This document shows positions 1 through 8,719 of a stretch of DNA of 64,000 nucleotides, one piece after another. The number at the start of each line of letters is the position of its first letter. The stretch's first letter is position 1. Origin of the DNA: an uncultured Candidatus Saccharibacteria bacterium (GTDB lineage Bacteria; Patescibacteriota; Minisyncoccia; Phycocordibacterales; UBA9973); the NCBI GenBank assembly GCA_964606285.1, contig CAZSFP010000002.1, forward strand, positions 43,890 through 107,889. Reading direction: 5' to 3'. The notes beneath the pieces are model-generated. The model saw only the letters and a list, made by a program, of their open reading frames with translations, ran no database searches and was not told where the DNA came from. Both the position numbers and the translations under genes were made by a program.

Positions 1-630
1 ATAGAACTTCCGGGAGCAGTCTTCGGACTTCCGTGGAATGCTGATCTCGTTCACCAAGTTATCGTGGGTATGGAAGCCAACAAGCGTGCAGGCACAGCGG
101 ATTCAAAAGACCGCAGTGAAGTGCGCGGTGGTGGCCGAAAACCATGGCAACAAAAAGGTACTGGTCGTGCTCGTCACGGATCTTCACGTTCTCCGATCTG
201 GAAAGGCGGCGGTGTCACACACGGTCCACTTTCTATCAAAGGATATGAACAAAAGATCAACAAAAAGATGCGTGCAAAAGCGCTTTATGTGATCCTCTCA
301 AAGAAATTGAAAACTGGAAACATGCTCTTTGTTGATGCGGTTGATCTTGCAGCTCGCAAGACTAAAGATGCGCAAGTATTGCTCTCTAGTCTCGCAAAGA
401 TCACTGGTTTCGAACGTTTGGCAAATGGTACTCGTCCACAAGGACTTGTCCTTGTACCGAACATGGACCTCGCGATAAAAAAGAGTTTCAGTAACTTGTC
501 ATCAGTTCGTGTTGTCGATGTAAAGAACGTCAGCGCGCTTGATGTTATGTCGCACAAGTACGTCATTATTACTCATCCGGAAGATTCAATCGCTTTCTTG
601 AAAGGCAAGTTGACTCCGAACGCAAAATAA
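1..630 (+). CDS. rplD: 50S ribosomal protein L4 (5' partial, continues upstream of window)
   Basis: Frame 1 reads open from base 1 (…LPGAVFGLPWNADLVHQVIVGMEANKRAGTA…KPWQQKGTGRARHGS…). The translation matches the L4 family and the gene sits in the S10 operon. Confidence 0.9.
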   Translation: MELPGAVFGLPWNADLVHQVIVGMEANKRAGTADSKDRSEVRGGGRKPWQQKGTGRARHGSSRSPIWKGGGVTHGPLSIKGYEQKINKKMRAKALYVILSKKLKTGNMLFVDAVDLAARKTKDAQVLLSSLAKITGFERLANGTRPQGLVLVPNMDLAIKKSFSNLSSVRVVDVKNVSALDVMSHKYVIITHPEDSIAFLKGKLTPNAK

Positions 631-634
631 TTTT

Positions 635-961
635 ATGGCACTCCTCCGAACAAAAAAGAAAGCAGCCGAAGAATCAAAAGCGGATGTAAAATCATCATCA
701 CTTATCTTGGGTCCACGCATTACTGAAAAAGCATCTATTCTCGCTGGGAAAAATATTTACACATTTACTGTTGCTTCAAACGTAACAAAAAGTGAACTTG
801 CGAAAGCAATCAAAACGCTCCACAAGGTTACTCCGATTGCGATCAACATGGTCAAAATCCCAGAACGTCGCGTCACTGTTCGCGGCAAGGTCGGTGTTGC
901 AAAAGGCGGAAAAAAAGCCTATATTACCCTGAAGAAAGGCGATACTATCGCATTTGCCTAA
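635..961 (+). CDS. rplW: 50S ribosomal protein L23
   Basis: 108-aa ORF with the L23 signature (…GKNIYTFTVASNVTKSELAKAIK…). It follows rplD in the conserved order. Confidence 0.9.
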   Translation: MALLRTKKKAAEESKADVKSSSLILGPRITEKASILAGKNIYTFTVASNVTKSELAKAIKTLHKVTPIAINMVKIPERRVTVRGKVGVAKGGKKAYITLKKGDTIAFA

Positions 962-970
962 TATATTTTT

Positions 971-1828
971 ATGAAAACATTTCGTCCTACAACTGCATCA
1001 CGCCGACACATGTCTGTCGTCACGTACAAAAACGTGTTGACTGAAAGTGCTCCACTCAAGTCCCTCACAAAAGGATTTCGTCGTGGAACTGGCCGCAACA
1101 ACCAAGGTCGCATCACGACTCGCCACAAAGGTGGTGGTCACAAGCGAAGCTTCCGTGATATTGATTTCAAATATCATGACAAAATGGATATTCCAGCACG
1201 CGTTGCGTCTGTCGAATACGATCCAAACCGTTCAGGTTTGATCGGACTCCTCGTGTATCGTGATGGTGAAAAGCGTTATACGCTTCTCCCAAAAGACGTC
1301 AAAGTTGGCAGTGTCATCGTGACATCTGCGACTGCGCCAGTCACGTCTGGTAACCGTCTTCCACTCAAGGCAATCCCAGTCGGTACATTCGTCTACAACA
1401 TCGAGATCAAGCCACGTGGCGGTGCAAAAATCGCCCGCGCAGCAGGTATCTTTGCTCAAGTTGTCGCGCATGATAACGGTCAAGCCCTCATCAAGATGCC
1501 GTCGACAGAAATCCGCAAAGTCACTGATACGTGTTTCGCATCTGTCGGAACAGTTTCAAATGAAGAGTACAAGCTCATGAACTACGGTAAAGCCGGTCGT
1601 TCACGCCACAAGGGTATCCGTCCAACAGTTCGTGGTACTGCCATGAACCCAGTTGACCACCCATACGGTGGAGGTGAAGGTGTCCAAGGCCGAGGTCTCC
1701 GTCGCGCAAAGTCCCTCTGGGGCAAGCCGACAGGCAAAGGTCAAAAGACTCGTACACCAAAGAAATACTCAAATGTCTTCATTGTTTCTCGCCGAAAGGT
1801 TGGCAAGAATCGAAAGTCAGGAGCGTAA
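971..1828 (+). CDS. rplB: 50S ribosomal protein L2
   Basis: 285 aa with GRNNQGRITTRHKGGGHKR and other L2 motifs. Position in the operon is conserved. Confidence 0.95.
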   Translation: MKTFRPTTASRRHMSVVTYKNVLTESAPLKSLTKGFRRGTGRNNQGRITTRHKGGGHKRSFRDIDFKYHDKMDIPARVASVEYDPNRSGLIGLLVYRDGEKRYTLLPKDVKVGSVIVTSATAPVTSGNRLPLKAIPVGTFVYNIEIKPRGGAKIARAAGIFAQVVAHDNGQALIKMPSTEIRKVTDTCFASVGTVSNEEYKLMNYGKAGRSRHKGIRPTVRGTAMNPVDHPYGGGEGVQGRGLRRAKSLWGKPTGKGQKTRTPKKYSNVFIVSRRKVGKNRKSGA

Positions 1829-1850
1829 TCAAATTTTACAAAACAAAAAT

Positions 1851-1876
1851 ACCGGCAAAAGACCGGTATTTTTGTT
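1851..1876 (+). terminator. Intrinsic terminator-like hairpin (ACCGGcaaaagaCCGGT + T-run) inside the r-protein cluster, after rplB
   Basis: Perfect 5-bp GC-rich stem with a loop, followed by TATTTTTGTTTG, directly after the rplB stop. Confidence 0.5.
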
Positions 1877-1936
1877 TGAAAAATAAGAACATACACACCT
1901 CTGTAAAAGGAAAAATATGGTATGAATTATTTCTCC

Positions 1937-1964
1937 TTGACTTTTATTCTCATTTTGCTAATAT
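1937..1964 (+). promoter_or_regulatory. Sigma70-like promoter (TTGACT-16/17-TGcTAATAT) upstream of rpsS
   Basis: TTGACT at 1937-1942 and an extended -10 TGCTAATAT at 1956-1964. The same TGCTATACT-type extended -10 recurs elsewhere in the window. Confidence 0.45.
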
Positions 1965-2002
1965 CCCCATAGCTCGCTGTGAGCTATTTATTTTTAGGAC
2001 AT

Positions 2003-2347
2003 ATGACACGATCACTCAAAAAAGGCCCATATATTGACGAAAAGCTCTTGAAAAAGATTGCTGGCAAGAAACCTCTCGAAACAGGGGTTATCAAGACATG
2101 GGCACGAGCGGCGCAAATCAGTCCTGAAATGGTTGGATTCACCTTCGGTGTTCACAATGGCCGTGTCCACGTTGAAGTATTGGTCAGTGAAGACATGGTC
2201 GGTCACAGACTCGGTGAATTCTCACTCACACGCAAATTTAACCGTCACGGTGGAAAGATTCAGAAAGAACTTGATATGAAGAAAAAGGAATCTGAAATCG
2301 CCGCAGCACAAGCCGCAAAAGCAGCTCCTGCCGACAAAAAGAAATAA
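2003..2347 (+). CDS. rpsS: 30S ribosomal protein S19 with Lys/Ala-rich C-terminal tail
   Basis: [19 protein letters not shown]… matches the S19 N-terminus. The ORF track starts at 1979, but the family start is the ATG at 2003. Confidence 0.9.
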   Translation: MTRSLKKGPYIDEKLLKKIAGKKPLETGVIKTWARAAQISPEMVGFTFGVHNGRVHVEVLVSEDMVGHRLGEFSLTRKFNRHGGKIQKELDMKKKESEIAAAQAAKAAPADKKK

Positions 2348-2353
2348 TTTTTT

Positions 2354-2722
2354 ATGAAAGCGTCACTCTCTAATTATCGTCAATCTCCTCGAAAAGTCCG
2401 TCTTGTTGCTGATGTCATCAAAGGCAAGTCTGTTGCTGCTGCTGATGCACAGCTCATGTTCACGACAAAGCGTGCTGCTCCTATTTTCAAAAAACTCTTG
2501 GCATCAGCTGTTGCAAATGCGATCAATGCTGGCGTGAACAAGGATGAACTCATGATTGCTGATCTCCGGGTTGATGCAGGTGTTGTGCTCAAGCGTTTCA
2601 TGCCGCGAGCTCGTGGATCTGCATATCAGATCAAAAAGCGAACGAGTCATGTTACACTCATCCTTGCCCAGAAAGCAGTTGATACAAAGAAAAGTAAAAA
2701 AGCTCCTGTAGCAAAAAAATAA
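2354..2722 (+). CDS. rplV: 50S ribosomal protein L22
   Basis: 122 aa. PRKVRLVADVIKGKSV and the rest match L22, in conserved order after rpsS. Confidence 0.9.
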   Translation: MKASLSNYRQSPRKVRLVADVIKGKSVAAADAQLMFTTKRAAPIFKKLLASAVANAINAGVNKDELMIADLRVDAGVVLKRFMPRARGSAYQIKKRTSHVTLILAQKAVDTKKSKKAPVAKK

Positions 2723-2728
2723 TTTTAT

Positions 2729-3403
2729 ATGTCAAAAATAGTTCACCCATACGCACATAGACTTGTTATCCTCCGTGATTGGAAATCACGCTGGTTTGCA
2801 ACATCAAAGAATTTCAAGAACACACTCCGCGGTGATGTCCTCATCCGTTCATTCCTTGAGAAAAAACTTCGTGGTTCATATGTTTCAAACATTGAAATCG
2901 AACGCAGTAGAAAATTCCTCCGCATCATCATTTCAACATCACGCCCAGGCATGATCATTGGTCGCAGTGGGGAAGGTGCGCAAAAGCTTCGCGAAACACT
3001 TCTCAAAATGATGGTAAAAGAAGGTATCAAGACTCAAGAAGAATTGAAAATCGATATCACTGAAGTTACATCACCAGAATCAGATGCAGCAATCGTTGCC
3101 TTCATGGTTGTTGAAGGACTTGAAAAACGTCTTCCATTCCGCCGTGTCCTCAAGCAAACAGTTGAAAAGGTTATGGCAGTCCGTGGTGTCAAAGGAGTTC
3201 GTATCGTTCTCGGAGGACGTCTTGGCGGAGCTGAAATTGCTCGTACAGAAGAGATCAAGAAAGGTTCTATCCCACTTCAGACTTTCCGTGCTGACATCGA
3301 TTTTGCTCGTGAACGTGCAAACATGGCGTATGGTGTTATCGGCGTCAAAGTATGGATTTACCGCGGTGAAATTTTTACAGACAAGAAAACAACGAAAGAA
3401 TAA
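2729..3403 (+). CDS. rpsC: 30S ribosomal protein S3
   Basis: 224 aa with KH/S3 C-terminal motifs (GRSGEGAQKLRE…GVRIVLGGRLGGAEIAR). Confidence 0.95.
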   Translation: MSKIVHPYAHRLVILRDWKSRWFATSKNFKNTLRGDVLIRSFLEKKLRGSYVSNIEIERSRKFLRIIISTSRPGMIIGRSGEGAQKLRETLLKMMVKEGIKTQEELKIDITEVTSPESDAAIVAFMVVEGLEKRLPFRRVLKQTVEKVMAVRGVKGVRIVLGGRLGGAEIARTEEIKKGSIPLQTFRADIDFARERANMAYGVIGVKVWIYRGEIFTDKKTTKE

Positions 3404-3419
3404 TATTTAATACAATTTT

Positions 3420-3848
3420 ATGTTACTTCCAAAGAAAGTTAAATATCGAAAATGGCAAAACGGACGACGAAATATGTCGAACCCTGTTCCTATGGCAACT
3501 CGCGGTACAACTGTTGCTTTTGGTTCATTTGGACTCAAAGCTGAATCTGCGGCACGTGTGACATCAAACCAGATCGAATCAGCCCGTAAGGCGATGGCTC
3601 GTACTGTAACCAAAGTTGGCCGGTCATGGATTCGTATTTTTCCAGATCGACCGTATACACAAAAAGGTGCTGGTGTAGGTATGGGAAAGGGTAAGGGTGA
3701 TCCACAAGGATACTGTGTCGAAGTCTATCCAGGACGCGTTCTCTTTGAGGTCGACGGTGTCGATGAAAAGATTGCCCGCGAAGCGCTCCGCAAGGCAGGA
3801 ACAAAGCTTCCAGTAAAATGCCGCGTCGTCGCCCGCAAGGACGCATAA
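3420..3848 (+). CDS. rplP: 50S ribosomal protein L16
   Basis: MLLPKKVKYRKWQNGR… matches the L16 N-terminus and length (142 aa). Confidence 0.95.
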   Translation: MLLPKKVKYRKWQNGRRNMSNPVPMATRGTTVAFGSFGLKAESAARVTSNQIESARKAMARTVTKVGRSWIRIFPDRPYTQKGAGVGMGKGKGDPQGYCVEVYPGRVLFEVDGVDEKIAREALRKAGTKLPVKCRVVARKDA

Positions 3849-3891
3849 GCTTTACAAACACTCATTTTTAGAGTAAGGTATCACACAGTCT

Positions 3892-4128
3892 ATGAATACA
3901 ACAACAAACAAAAAAATACTGAAAGGCGTCGTCGTCTCAGACAAGATGGATAAAACTGTTGTTGTCAAAGTCGACCGATACGTCAAGCACCAAAAATATC
4001 AGAAATACTACACTATTTCAAAGAAATTCAAGGCGCATGACGAAGAAAACAAGTCAAAAGTTGGCGATAAAGTCAGTATCGAAGAAACTCGTCCAATCTC
4101 AAAAGATAAGCATTTCAAAGTCATCTAA
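3892..4128 (+). CDS. rpsQ: 30S ribosomal protein S17 (follows rplP directly; no L29 gene between them)
   Basis: 78 aa, [32 protein letters not shown] matches S17. Only 43 nt separate it from rplP, which leaves no room for rpmC. Confidence 0.9.
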   Translation: MNTTTNKKILKGVVVSDKMDKTVVVKVDRYVKHQKYQKYYTISKKFKAHDEENKSKVGDKVSIEETRPISKDKHFKVI

Positions 4129-4160
4129 CATCGTTTGTATTTAATTTTTAATTTAACTTT

Positions 4161-4532
4161 ATGATTCAAGCAGGAACAATCGTGAATATCACAGACAACG
4201 CCGGCGGTAAAGTCGGTAATGTCTTCAAGATTCTTGGTGGCTCACACCGACGCTATGCGGAACTTGGTGATCTCGTGGTTATTTCTGTGCGATCTGCTGA
4301 ACCACGCAAGGGTGTCAAAAAGAAAGATGTCCATCATGCCGTTGTTGTTCGTACACGAAATGCATTTCGTCGCAAGGACGGTTCATATATTCGATTTGAC
4401 GACAATGCTGTTGTTATTCTTGAAAAGGACAAGCAAGATCCAAAAGCTGGACGTATCTTTGGACCAATTCCACGCGAACTTGCTGAACGTGGTTATCAGA
4501 AAATCATTTCATTGGCACCAGAAGTCATCTAA
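4161..4532 (+). CDS. rplN: 50S ribosomal protein L14
   Basis: MIQAGTIVNITDNAGGK… matches the L14 N-terminus; 123 aa. Confidence 0.95.
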   Translation: MIQAGTIVNITDNAGGKVGNVFKILGGSHRRYAELGDLVVISVRSAEPRKGVKKKDVHHAVVVRTRNAFRRKDGSYIRFDDNAVVILEKDKQDPKAGRIFGPIPRELAERGYQKIISLAPEVI

Positions 4533-4544
4533 TTTATATATTTT

Positions 4545-4811
4545 ATGAACATAAAGAAAAACGACATCGTAGTCATACTGACAGGCAAAGACAAGGGCAA
4601 ACAAGGCGCGGTTGTTCGTTCATTGCCAAAGATGAATAAGGTTATCGTCGAAGGATTGAACATGACAAAGAAACACCAAAAACCTCGCACTCGATCTGAG
4701 AAAGGGAAGACTGTGTCAGTTGCAATGCCGATTCATGCGTCAAATGTCCGCCTTGCTGATAAAACTGCAAAAGCCGCTCCAAAAAAGAAAAAGGCAGCAG
4801 TAAAAAAATAA
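4545..4811 (+). CDS. rplX: 50S ribosomal protein L24 (KOW) with Lys-rich tail
   Basis: 88 aa, [25 protein letters not shown] is a KOW motif in the L24 position. Confidence 0.9.
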   Translation: MNIKKNDIVVILTGKDKGKQGAVVRSLPKMNKVIVEGLNMTKKHQKPRTRSEKGKTVSVAMPIHASNVRLADKTAKAAPKKKKAAVKK

Positions 4812-4829
4812 TCCCACTTATACTATTTT

Positions 4830-5369
4830 ATGGAAACGACAAAACAAAAAGAACAAAATTCATACAAGACGCTCAAATCTGAGTTCGGTTATACGAACGC
4901 ACTTGCAGCACCACGCCTCGTCAAAGTCGTTATTTCTGTGGGAACAGGATCAATGATAAAGAAAGACAAGCACAAGAATGATTTCGTTGTTGATCGTCTC
5001 TCTCGTATTGCTGGACAGAAGCCAGCGGTGAAGAGTGCAAAACAATCAGTTGCATCATTTAAGACTCGTCAAGGCGATCCTATCGGTGTTTCTGTAACAC
5101 TTCGTGGTGCACGTATGTATTCATTCCTCGACAAGTTGCTCAACATCGCACTTCCTCGAACAAAGGACTTCCGTGGTTTGAATAGCAAGGCGATCGACAA
5201 TATCGGCAATCTCACTATCGGTATCAAAGAACACTCAATTTTCCCTGAAACATCAGATGAAGAATTAAAAGATGTTTTCGGTCTCGCAATCACACTCGTG
5301 ACAACTGCAAAGACCAAAGCTGAAGCAGCTGCTTTCTTTGATCTCCTCCAGGTTCCATTCAAGAAATAA
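4830..5369 (+). CDS. rplE: 50S ribosomal protein L5
   Basis: 179 aa with L5-family motifs (…GVSVTLRGARMYSFLDKL…). Confidence 0.95.
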   Translation: METTKQKEQNSYKTLKSEFGYTNALAAPRLVKVVISVGTGSMIKKDKHKNDFVVDRLSRIAGQKPAVKSAKQSVASFKTRQGDPIGVSVTLRGARMYSFLDKLLNIALPRTKDFRGLNSKAIDNIGNLTIGIKEHSIFPETSDEELKDVFGLAITLVTTAKTKAEAAAFFDLLQVPFKK

Positions 5370-5378
5370 ATTTTATAA

Positions 5379-5416
5379 AACACAAAAGCCGCTCTAGAGC
5401 GGCTTTTGTGTTTTAT
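5379..5416. terminator. Strong intrinsic terminator after rplE (ACACAAAAGCCGCTC-taga-GCGGCTTTTGTGT + T-run)
   Basis: Perfect 14-bp inverted repeat immediately after the rplE stop, followed by TTTTATTTG. Confidence 0.7.
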
Positions 5417-5473
5417 TTGCTATTTCAAAAATATATGGTATATTATCTTAAAATAAATCTTTATATATCTCCT

Positions 5474-5866
5474 ATGAAAGGACATGCGCCACACCTGAGA
5501 GTCTCTGTTGACTCATTGTATCTTTTAAAAAAGAAAAATTGGGAATACCTTGACTCTCTTGAAAATATTGTATTTATTCGATCTATTCGTGATGAAGTTG
5601 TTGTTCACTGTAGAGATTTAAAAAAAGTTATTGCGTTTATGACAATGAAAAATCTTGTTATATTATTACCAAAGCAAAAATTTATACGCATTCACCGGCA
5701 ATATATAGTGAATCTTGAATTTGTGAAAGAATACAACAAAAATACTTTGTACATGAAAAACGGAAAAACTTTTCCTGTAGGCAAGGTGTATAGAACAGCC
5801 ACCATAAAAGTCGTTCCCCGAAAGAAGACAGAGAAAAAAGCACAGGTATTACAAATGGCAGCCTGA
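5474..5866 (+). CDS. Stand-alone LytTR-family DNA-binding domain protein, inserted into the r-protein operon
   Basis: …ENIVFIRSIRDEVVVHCRDLKK…LPKQKFIRIHRQYIVNLEFVKEY…LYMKNGKTFPVGKVY matches the LytTR domain signature (FxRxHRSYxVNL…NG…PVSR). Its composition is AT-rich compared with the flanking r-protein genes. Confidence 0.75.
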   Translation: MKGHAPHLRVSVDSLYLLKKKNWEYLDSLENIVFIRSIRDEVVVHCRDLKKVIAFMTMKNLVILLPKQKFIRIHRQYIVNLEFVKEYNKNTLYMKNGKTFPVGKVYRTATIKVVPRKKTEKKAQVLQMAA

Positions 5867-5884
5867 TGTCTTGTTGTCTCACTT

Positions 5885-5914
5885 AAAATCCCGCACAAAA
5901 TGCCGGGATTTTTT
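5885..5914 (+). terminator. Intrinsic terminator after the LytTR gene (AATCCCGgcacaaaatgCCGGGATT + T-run)
   Basis: 7-bp GC-rich stem followed by TTTTTCATTTC. Confidence 0.6.
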
Positions 5915-5970
5915 CATTTCATATATATTATTAATATGTAGACTATTCTTCGTTGTGAATAGGGTATCAG

Positions 5971-5998
5971 TTGACATTTTTTCTCGTTCTGCTAAGAT
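5971..5998 (+). promoter_or_regulatory. Sigma70-like promoter (TTGACA-16-TGcTAAGAT) restarting the spc operon at rpsZ
   Basis: Consensus -35 TTGACA at 5971-5976 and an extended -10 at 5990-5998, about 110 nt upstream of the rpsZ ATG. Confidence 0.5.
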
Positions 5999-6109
5999 GG
6001 GCGGGTTGTGATTTTCACGACATATATCGGTCAATCCATCGTCCTTTGCCTGGTTTCAAATGAAAGCAGACAAAATATGATGAGATATTGCCGATAAATA
6101 CTACACAGT

Positions 6110-6295
6110 ATGGCAAAAACATCCACAGTTGCGCGATCGCAAAAAAAACCAAAATTCAGTACACGGGCAAAAAACCGCTGTTTTCGTTGTGGTCGTGGCC
6201 GAGGATACATGGGTGATTTCGGTATCTGCCGTATCTGTTTCCGAGAACTTGCCAATGATGGCTTGATCCCAGGAGTTCGAAAATCAAGTTGGTAA
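6110..6295 (+). CDS. rpsZ: 30S ribosomal protein S14, zinc-binding short form (type Z)
   Basis: 61 aa with a C-x2-C…C-x2-C pattern ([26 protein letters not shown]) and a C-terminal GVRKSSW. Confidence 0.9.
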   Translation: MAKTSTVARSQKKPKFSTRAKNRCFRCGRGRGYMGDFGICRICFRELANDGLIPGVRKSSW

Positions 6296-6386
6296 ATAAC
6301 ACAAGTAAAAGGTTCAGGGTGTCAGGGAATAGTCATACGAATGCATTCACTACAACCTAAAACCTCTTACCTATAACCTAAACACA

Positions 6387-6773
6387 ATGGATCCAATAGC
6401 AGACATGTTGAATATGATAAAGAATGCAGGCCGCGGCACAAAGGACGTTGTTGTCGTTCCTTTTTCTACGGTCAAACAATCCATCGCGAACTGCCTCCTC
6501 AAAGAAGGATATATCGCTGGTGCGGCAAAGAAGACACGAGATGAACACCCTGTCCTTGAACTCTCAGTACTCCGTGTCAATGGCGAGCCAAAGATCAATG
6601 ACATCGTTCGTGTATCCAAGCCGTCACGTCGTGTGTACTATGCAATGAAAGACATTCGTCCGATCCGTTATGGTCATGGTCGTGTTTTTCTTTCAACACC
6701 GAAAGGTATCATGACAGGTGAACAAGCCCGCAAAGAACAGGTCGGCGGCGAAGTGCTTTTCAAAATCTGGTAA
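6387..6773 (+). CDS. rpsH: 30S ribosomal protein S8
   Basis: MDPIADMLNMIKNAGRG… matches the S8 N-terminus; 128 aa. Confidence 0.95.
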   Translation: MDPIADMLNMIKNAGRGTKDVVVVPFSTVKQSIANCLLKEGYIAGAAKKTRDEHPVLELSVLRVNGEPKINDIVRVSKPSRRVYYAMKDIRPIRYGHGRVFLSTPKGIMTGEQARKEQVGGEVLFKIW

Positions 6774-6786
6774 TTTATATACTTTT

Positions 6787-7320
6787 ATGTCACGAATCGG
6801 AAAACAAATCATCTCTATACCAGCAGGCGTCACCGTTACAAAAGACGGCATGATTCTTTCTGTGAAAGGTCCAAAGGGAACATTGTCTCGATCATTTTTT
6901 GATTCAATCGCTATCACGATCGCCGACAACACTGTGACATTTGCTCCAGTAAAACTCACTGTCGAATCAAATGCTCTCTGGGGAACATACGCCGCTCATG
7001 TCAAAAATATGATCACTGGCGTCACTGAAGGATTTTCAAAGAAACTTATTCTCGAAGGAGTCGGATACAAATCTGAAGTCAAAGGAAAAGACCTCAATCT
7101 CGCTCTCGGTTTCTCTCATCCTGTTGTTGTTGCAATTCCAGAAAATCTCACAGTGACTGCTGAAAAGAATGTTATTACGTTTTCAGGTATGGACAAGGAG
7201 TCAGTCGGACAATTCGCAGCAAAGATTCGTGCAATGAAGAAACCAGAACCATACAAAGGGAAAGGTTTTCATTATGACGATGAAACAGTTCGCCGAAAAC
7301 AAGGTAAGAAGGCTGCATAA
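6787..7320 (+). CDS. rplF: 50S ribosomal protein L6
   Basis: [21 protein letters not shown]… matches the L6 N-terminus. Start corrected to the ATG at 6787, inside the longer ORF that begins at 6718. Confidence 0.9.
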   Translation: MSRIGKQIISIPAGVTVTKDGMILSVKGPKGTLSRSFFDSIAITIADNTVTFAPVKLTVESNALWGTYAAHVKNMITGVTEGFSKKLILEGVGYKSEVKGKDLNLALGFSHPVVVAIPENLTVTAEKNVITFSGMDKESVGQFAAKIRAMKKPEPYKGKGFHYDDETVRRKQGKKAA

Positions 7321-7331
7321 AAAATCATTTT

Positions 7332-7676
7332 ATGAATACAACACTACTACAAAAAAGACTCCGTTTGAAGAAAAAGATACGAACAAAAGTATTTGGTACT
7401 GCAGACTGCCCTCGACTCTCTGTATTTCGATCAAATGCGCATATTTACGCACAACTTATTGATGATACAAAAGGTGTAACACTCGCATCAGCAAGTGATA
7501 TGAGTATGAAGAAAGGAACAAAAAAAGAACATGCTGCACATGTTGGAAAGACTGTTGCCGAAGAAGCAAAAAAGTTGGGTATTGCGAAAATCGTCTTTGA
7601 TCGCAACGGTTTCCGTTATACTGGACGAGTTGCACTCCTTGCAGCCGCTGCACGAGATAACGGACTTACATTTTAA
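7332..7676 (+). CDS. rplR: 50S ribosomal protein L18
   Basis: 114 aa with the L18 signature ([18 protein letters not shown]…[15 protein letters not shown]). Confidence 0.9.
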   Translation: MNTTLLQKRLRLKKKIRTKVFGTADCPRLSVFRSNAHIYAQLIDDTKGVTLASASDMSMKKGTKKEHAAHVGKTVAEEAKKLGIAKIVFDRNGFRYTGRVALLAAAARDNGLTF

Positions 7677-7681
7677 TTTTT

Positions 7682-8272
7682 ATGGAACCACAAACACCTA
7701 CAACTCAATCAGCAGCACCGGCACGACGCCCAAGCACAGGAGCCCCACGACCAATGGGATCTTCAGGATCACGTCCAAGTGGTCGCCGATCTTTTGCTGA
7801 TCGTCCAAAATCTGAATTTGATCAAAAGATCATTGCAATCCGCCGTGTTACTCGCGTCGTCTCTGGTGGTCGCCGTATGAGTTTTGCTGTTGCAATGCTT
7901 ATCGGTGATAAAAAAGGTGCGATTGGATTGGGAACAGGTAAGGCAGCTGATACATCTCTTGCAATCCAGAAAGCACTCAAGGCTGCGCAAAAGCACATGA
8001 TCAAAGTTTCTATCACAAAGAACGGTTCTATTGCGCACAATGTGTCTGCAAAATACTCAAGCTCTATGATCATGATCATGCCGAACAAAAACCGCGGTTT
8101 GGTTGCAGGTTCTGCAATCCGAGACATTCTCGTCCTCGCTGGTGTCAAACATGCGACATCAAAAGTCCTTTCAGGTAGCAAGAACAAATTGAATATGGCA
8201 AAGGCTGTTCTCAAGGCACTCGAAGCGATTTCAACACCACATCGTCCAACTGGTACACCAGCTGTTCAATAA
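7682..8272 (+). CDS. rpsE: 30S ribosomal protein S5 with low-complexity N-terminal extension
   Basis: S5 dsRBD and C-terminal motifs (IIAIRRVTRVVSGGRRMSFAVAMLIGDKKG…). rplO follows directly, with no rpmD gene. Confidence 0.9.
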   Translation: MEPQTPTTQSAAPARRPSTGAPRPMGSSGSRPSGRRSFADRPKSEFDQKIIAIRRVTRVVSGGRRMSFAVAMLIGDKKGAIGLGTGKAADTSLAIQKALKAAQKHMIKVSITKNGSIAHNVSAKYSSSMIMIMPNKNRGLVAGSAIRDILVLAGVKHATSKVLSGSKNKLNMAKAVLKALEAISTPHRPTGTPAVQ

Positions 8273-8281
8273 TATTTTTTT

Positions 8282-8713
8282 ATGCAAAAAAACGAATTAC
8301 AATCAAAGACAAAGCGTGTATTCAAAAAGACTGTCGGTCGCGGTGGCAAACGCGGCAAGACTTCTGGTCGTGGCACAAAAGGGCAGTCTGCTCGTGCTGG
8401 TAATAAAAAGCGTCCACAAATGCGCGATATCATCAAGAAGCTCCCAAAGAACCGTGGGTATCGTTTTAAATCTTTTGCAATCAAGCCCGCATCAGTAACA
8501 CTTGCGGCTATCGAAAAAGCATTTGATGCAAAAGCGATCGTCTCTCCACAGACACTTCTCGAAAAAGGCCTCGTCCGTCTCGTCGGTGGTCATCTTCCTG
8601 TCGTCAAAATTCTCGCAACAGGCACTCTCACAAAATCTCTCACGATTCAAAACGTTGTTGTTTCTAAATCCGCAAAAGACGCTATCGAAAAAGCAGGTGG
8701 TGCGGTACAATAG
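8282..8713 (+). CDS. rplO: 50S ribosomal protein L15
   Basis: 143 aa with a Gly/Arg/Lys-rich N-terminal segment (GRGGKRGKTSGRGTKGQ) typical of L15, placed just before secY. Confidence 0.9.
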   Translation: MQKNELQSKTKRVFKKTVGRGGKRGKTSGRGTKGQSARAGNKKRPQMRDIIKKLPKNRGYRFKSFAIKPASVTLAAIEKAFDAKAIVSPQTLLEKGLVRLVGGHLPVVKILATGTLTKSLTIQNVVVSKSAKDAIEKAGGAVQ

Positions 8714-8719
8714 ACCAAT

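Noticed and set aside
285-566. Antisense or overlapping ORFs inside the ribosomal-protein, secY, ftsH, dnaE and secA genes. Examples are 285..566 (-), 1232..1483 (-), 9100..9309 (-), 10227..10751 (-), 41839..42672 (-), and 45436..46023 (-).
   Set aside because: They lie entirely within well-supported conserved genes on the other strand or frame. Their products have no motifs and are low-complexity. They are shadow ORFs.
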